Part shown: piece after piece, positions 61,761-64,000 of the stretch
How positions within the stretch are numbered: position 1 is the stretch's first letter
Layout: each line of letters starts with the position of its first letter
NCBI GenBank assembly: GCA_963733195.1
Contig: CAVTCR010000053.1
Location: 38,439-102,438, forward strand
DNA: 64,000 nucleotides
Reading direction: 5' to 3'
DNA from: an uncultured delta proteobacterium
GTDB lineage: Bacteria; Desulfobacterota; Binatia; Bin18
Notes under the pieces: generated by a model
Seen by the model: only the letters and a program-made list of their open reading frames with translations
The model's database searches: none
What the model was told of the DNA's origin: nothing
Made by a program: the position numbers and the translations under genes

Positions 61761-61782
61761 TCTCCGGTAAGGGGAGGTATGG

Positions 61783-64000
61783 ATGTCCACTCACACGCCT
61801 GCTGTCGGTATGTCGCGCAAGTTGGCCGCGATCTTTAGCACGGATGTTGCAGGTTACAGCCGCCTCATGGGCGACGATGAAGAAGCCACCATCCGCACCC
61901 TCACCGCCTATCGTGCGCTGATCTCCTCCCTGATCCAGCAGTATCGTGGCCGTGTCGTCGATTCGCCCGGCGATAATCTTCTTGGCCGAGTTTGCCAGTG
62001 TGGTCGATGCCGTGCGCTGCGCCGTCGAGATTCAGCAAGAACTCAAAGTGAAAAATGCCGAGCTGCCCGACCATCGGCAGATGCAGTTTCGCATTGGCAT
62101 CAACCTGGGCGATGTGATTGTCGAAGGCGAGCGACTGTACGGTGATGGCGTCAACATCGCCGCGCGGTTGGAAAGTCTCGCGATTCCCGGCGGCATCTGT
62201 ATCTCAGGCACGGTCTACGACCAAGTCGAGAACAAACTTGCCCTCACCTACGAGTATCTGGGCGAGCAGGCGGTCAAGAACATCGCCAAGCCGGTGCGAA
62301 TGTATCGGGTAGTGAGGGAAGAGGGCCAGGTGAAAGGGCCGCCAAGTCAGACACGGCAAGCGGCAAGACTGAAGCGCAAAGGCAAAGAGCTGAAGCACGT
62401 AGGGCGGGCAGTGCTCGCCGAAAAGGGAGGACTGGTCGCAGTGGCGGGCTGCTGCTCATCGCGGCAACGATTCGGGACCGTTCGCTATTTCTCCTCCCCG
62501 ATCCCGAACTCCCAGCCCTCACCCCTAGCCCCCAAGCCACGCCAGCGGCGCTGCCTCTGCCCGACAAGCCCTCCATCATCGTTCTTCCCTTTGTGAACAT
62601 GAGCAACGACCCGGAGCAAGACTACTTTAGCGATGGCATCACCGAAGACATTACCTCCGATCTCTCGAAAATCTCCAGTCTCTTTGTTATCGCCCGCAAC
62701 TCGGCCTTCACCTACAAAGGCAAAGCGGTGAAGGTGCAAGACATCAGCCGAGAGATGGGGGTGCGTTATGTCCTGGAAGGCAGTGTGCGCAAAGCCGACA
62801 ACCAAGTCCGGATCATCGCCCAGCTGATCGACGCGACAACCGGCCATCATGTGTGGGCTGAGCGCTATGATCGTCCGCTGAAGGACGTGTTTGCGCTGCA
62901 AGACGAGATCGTGCAGAAGATCGTCACGACGCTGAAGCTCCAGCTCACCTTGCAGGAACAAGGGTGGATAGTACGCAAACATACCGACAACCTGGAGGCC
63001 TATGATGCCTTCCTGCGCGGGGTGGAGTCTTATTTGCGCCTCACGAAAGAAAGCTTCGTCCAGGCGCGACAGCTATTTGAGAAAGCCCTAGCGCTGGATC
63101 CCCAGTATGCCGAAGCGTATGCGTGGCTGGGGATGACCTACTGGAGAGAGTGGGTTGTACGCTGGAACATGGATCCCCAGACCCTGGAGCGTGCGTTGGC
63201 GTTGGCGCAACAGGCCGTCGCCCTAGACGATTCCCTGCCGAGAGCTCATTCGGCCTTGAGCTATATCTACATGCAGAAACAGCAGTATGAGCAAGCTATT
63301 GCCGAAGGGGAACGGGCGATCGCTCTCGATCCCAACAATGCCGACAGCTATGCACGGCTGGCAGAGGTGCTGACCATGGCGGGCAGGCCTGAAGAGGGCC
63401 AACGGTCGATGGGACAGGCGATGCGGCTCAACCCCTACTTTCCTCCTTGGTACTTCGGTACCTTGGGCTGGGCTTACTCCTTAACCGGGCGGTATACCGA
63501 GTCGATCGCCATGCTGAAGGAATACATCAGCCGGAGTCCCAATGATCCGATGCCCTACAGCGTCTTAGTTTTCAGTTACGCGTGGCAGTGGATCTCTCAA
63601 CTGAGTCCATCCCCCCAGACGCTGGAGGAGGCGGTGGCGATGGGACAACGGGCCCTCACCCTCAGCGACTCCTGGCATCGGATCCATAACGGATTGGGCT
63701 ACATTTATCTCTTCCAACACCAGTATGCGCAGGCCCTGGCGGAGATAGAGCGGGCCGTGAGCCTTGCGCCCAATGAGGCGTGGAATTACGCGGCGCTGGC
63801 TATGGCGCTGAGCGAGATAGGTAAGACCACGGAGGCTCTGCAAGCTGCGGCCCAAGCGCTACGACTGAAGCCTGTGGTTCCGGACCTTCACTTAGCAGAC
63901 GTCGGCATAGCCTATGTCGTGGCTGGGCATTACGAAGAGGCGCGTGCCCCGCTGCAGCGTTTTCTCAGCCACTATCCTAACCACCCACTTCCCCACCTCA
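61783..64000 (+). CDS. Class III adenylate/guanylate cyclase + TM + TolB-N-like + TPR protein (frameshifted; runs off window)
   Basis: RKLAAIFSTDVAGYSRLM, GD, FRIGINLGD, GDGVNIAARL, LPDKPSIIVLPF, RYVLEGSVRK, TPR repeats. Confidence 0.88.

Noticed and set aside
1494-64000. Many frameshifts read as pseudogenes or programmed frameshifting
   Set aside because: They also hit housekeeping genes (smpB, nagZ), often near homopolymers, with both halves conserved. Long-read indel error is the simplest explanation.

Overview
Bacterial chromosomal window (GC a little above 50%). The gene repertoire (LLM oxidoreductase, acyl-CoA enzymes, many cyclase/TPR and vWA/FHA genes) resembles Binatota/Deltaproteobacteria-like genomes, but the taxonomy is inferred. 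Single-base indels split many genes, including smpB and nagZ, which points to uncorrected long-read errors, so split ORFs were rejoined. From start to end the window holds: (1) a secreted SurA-N/DsbA protein whose active-site codon is an in-frame TGA followed by a SECIS-like hairpin (predicted selenoprotein), next to a VKOR-DsbA fusion; (2) CoA/aromatic-type catabolic genes, an IS6 remnant and HigBA; (3) a sigma54 two-component module with a visible -24/-12 promoter; (4) OmpA, a MetE-like gene, mtnA and MNT-HEPN; (5) nagZ-panB-panC-smpB-ssrA, then a ~9.2 kb integrase-less segment bounded by a duplicated tmRNA 3' end (TA genes, cyclase-AAA-TPR, SNF2 + SWIM); (6) secreted proteins and a cytochrome c pair; (7) a candidate ~95 nt structured RNA ahead of a vWA-FHA-pseudokinase/PP2C-Ser/Thr kinase-FHA-vWA/FHA signalling cluster. 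Degenerate 7-nt tandem repeats arranged as inverted arms occur throughout. They fill intergenic spacers, enclose both four-helix-bundle (IVS-like) genes, and are translated as linkers inside multidomain proteins.
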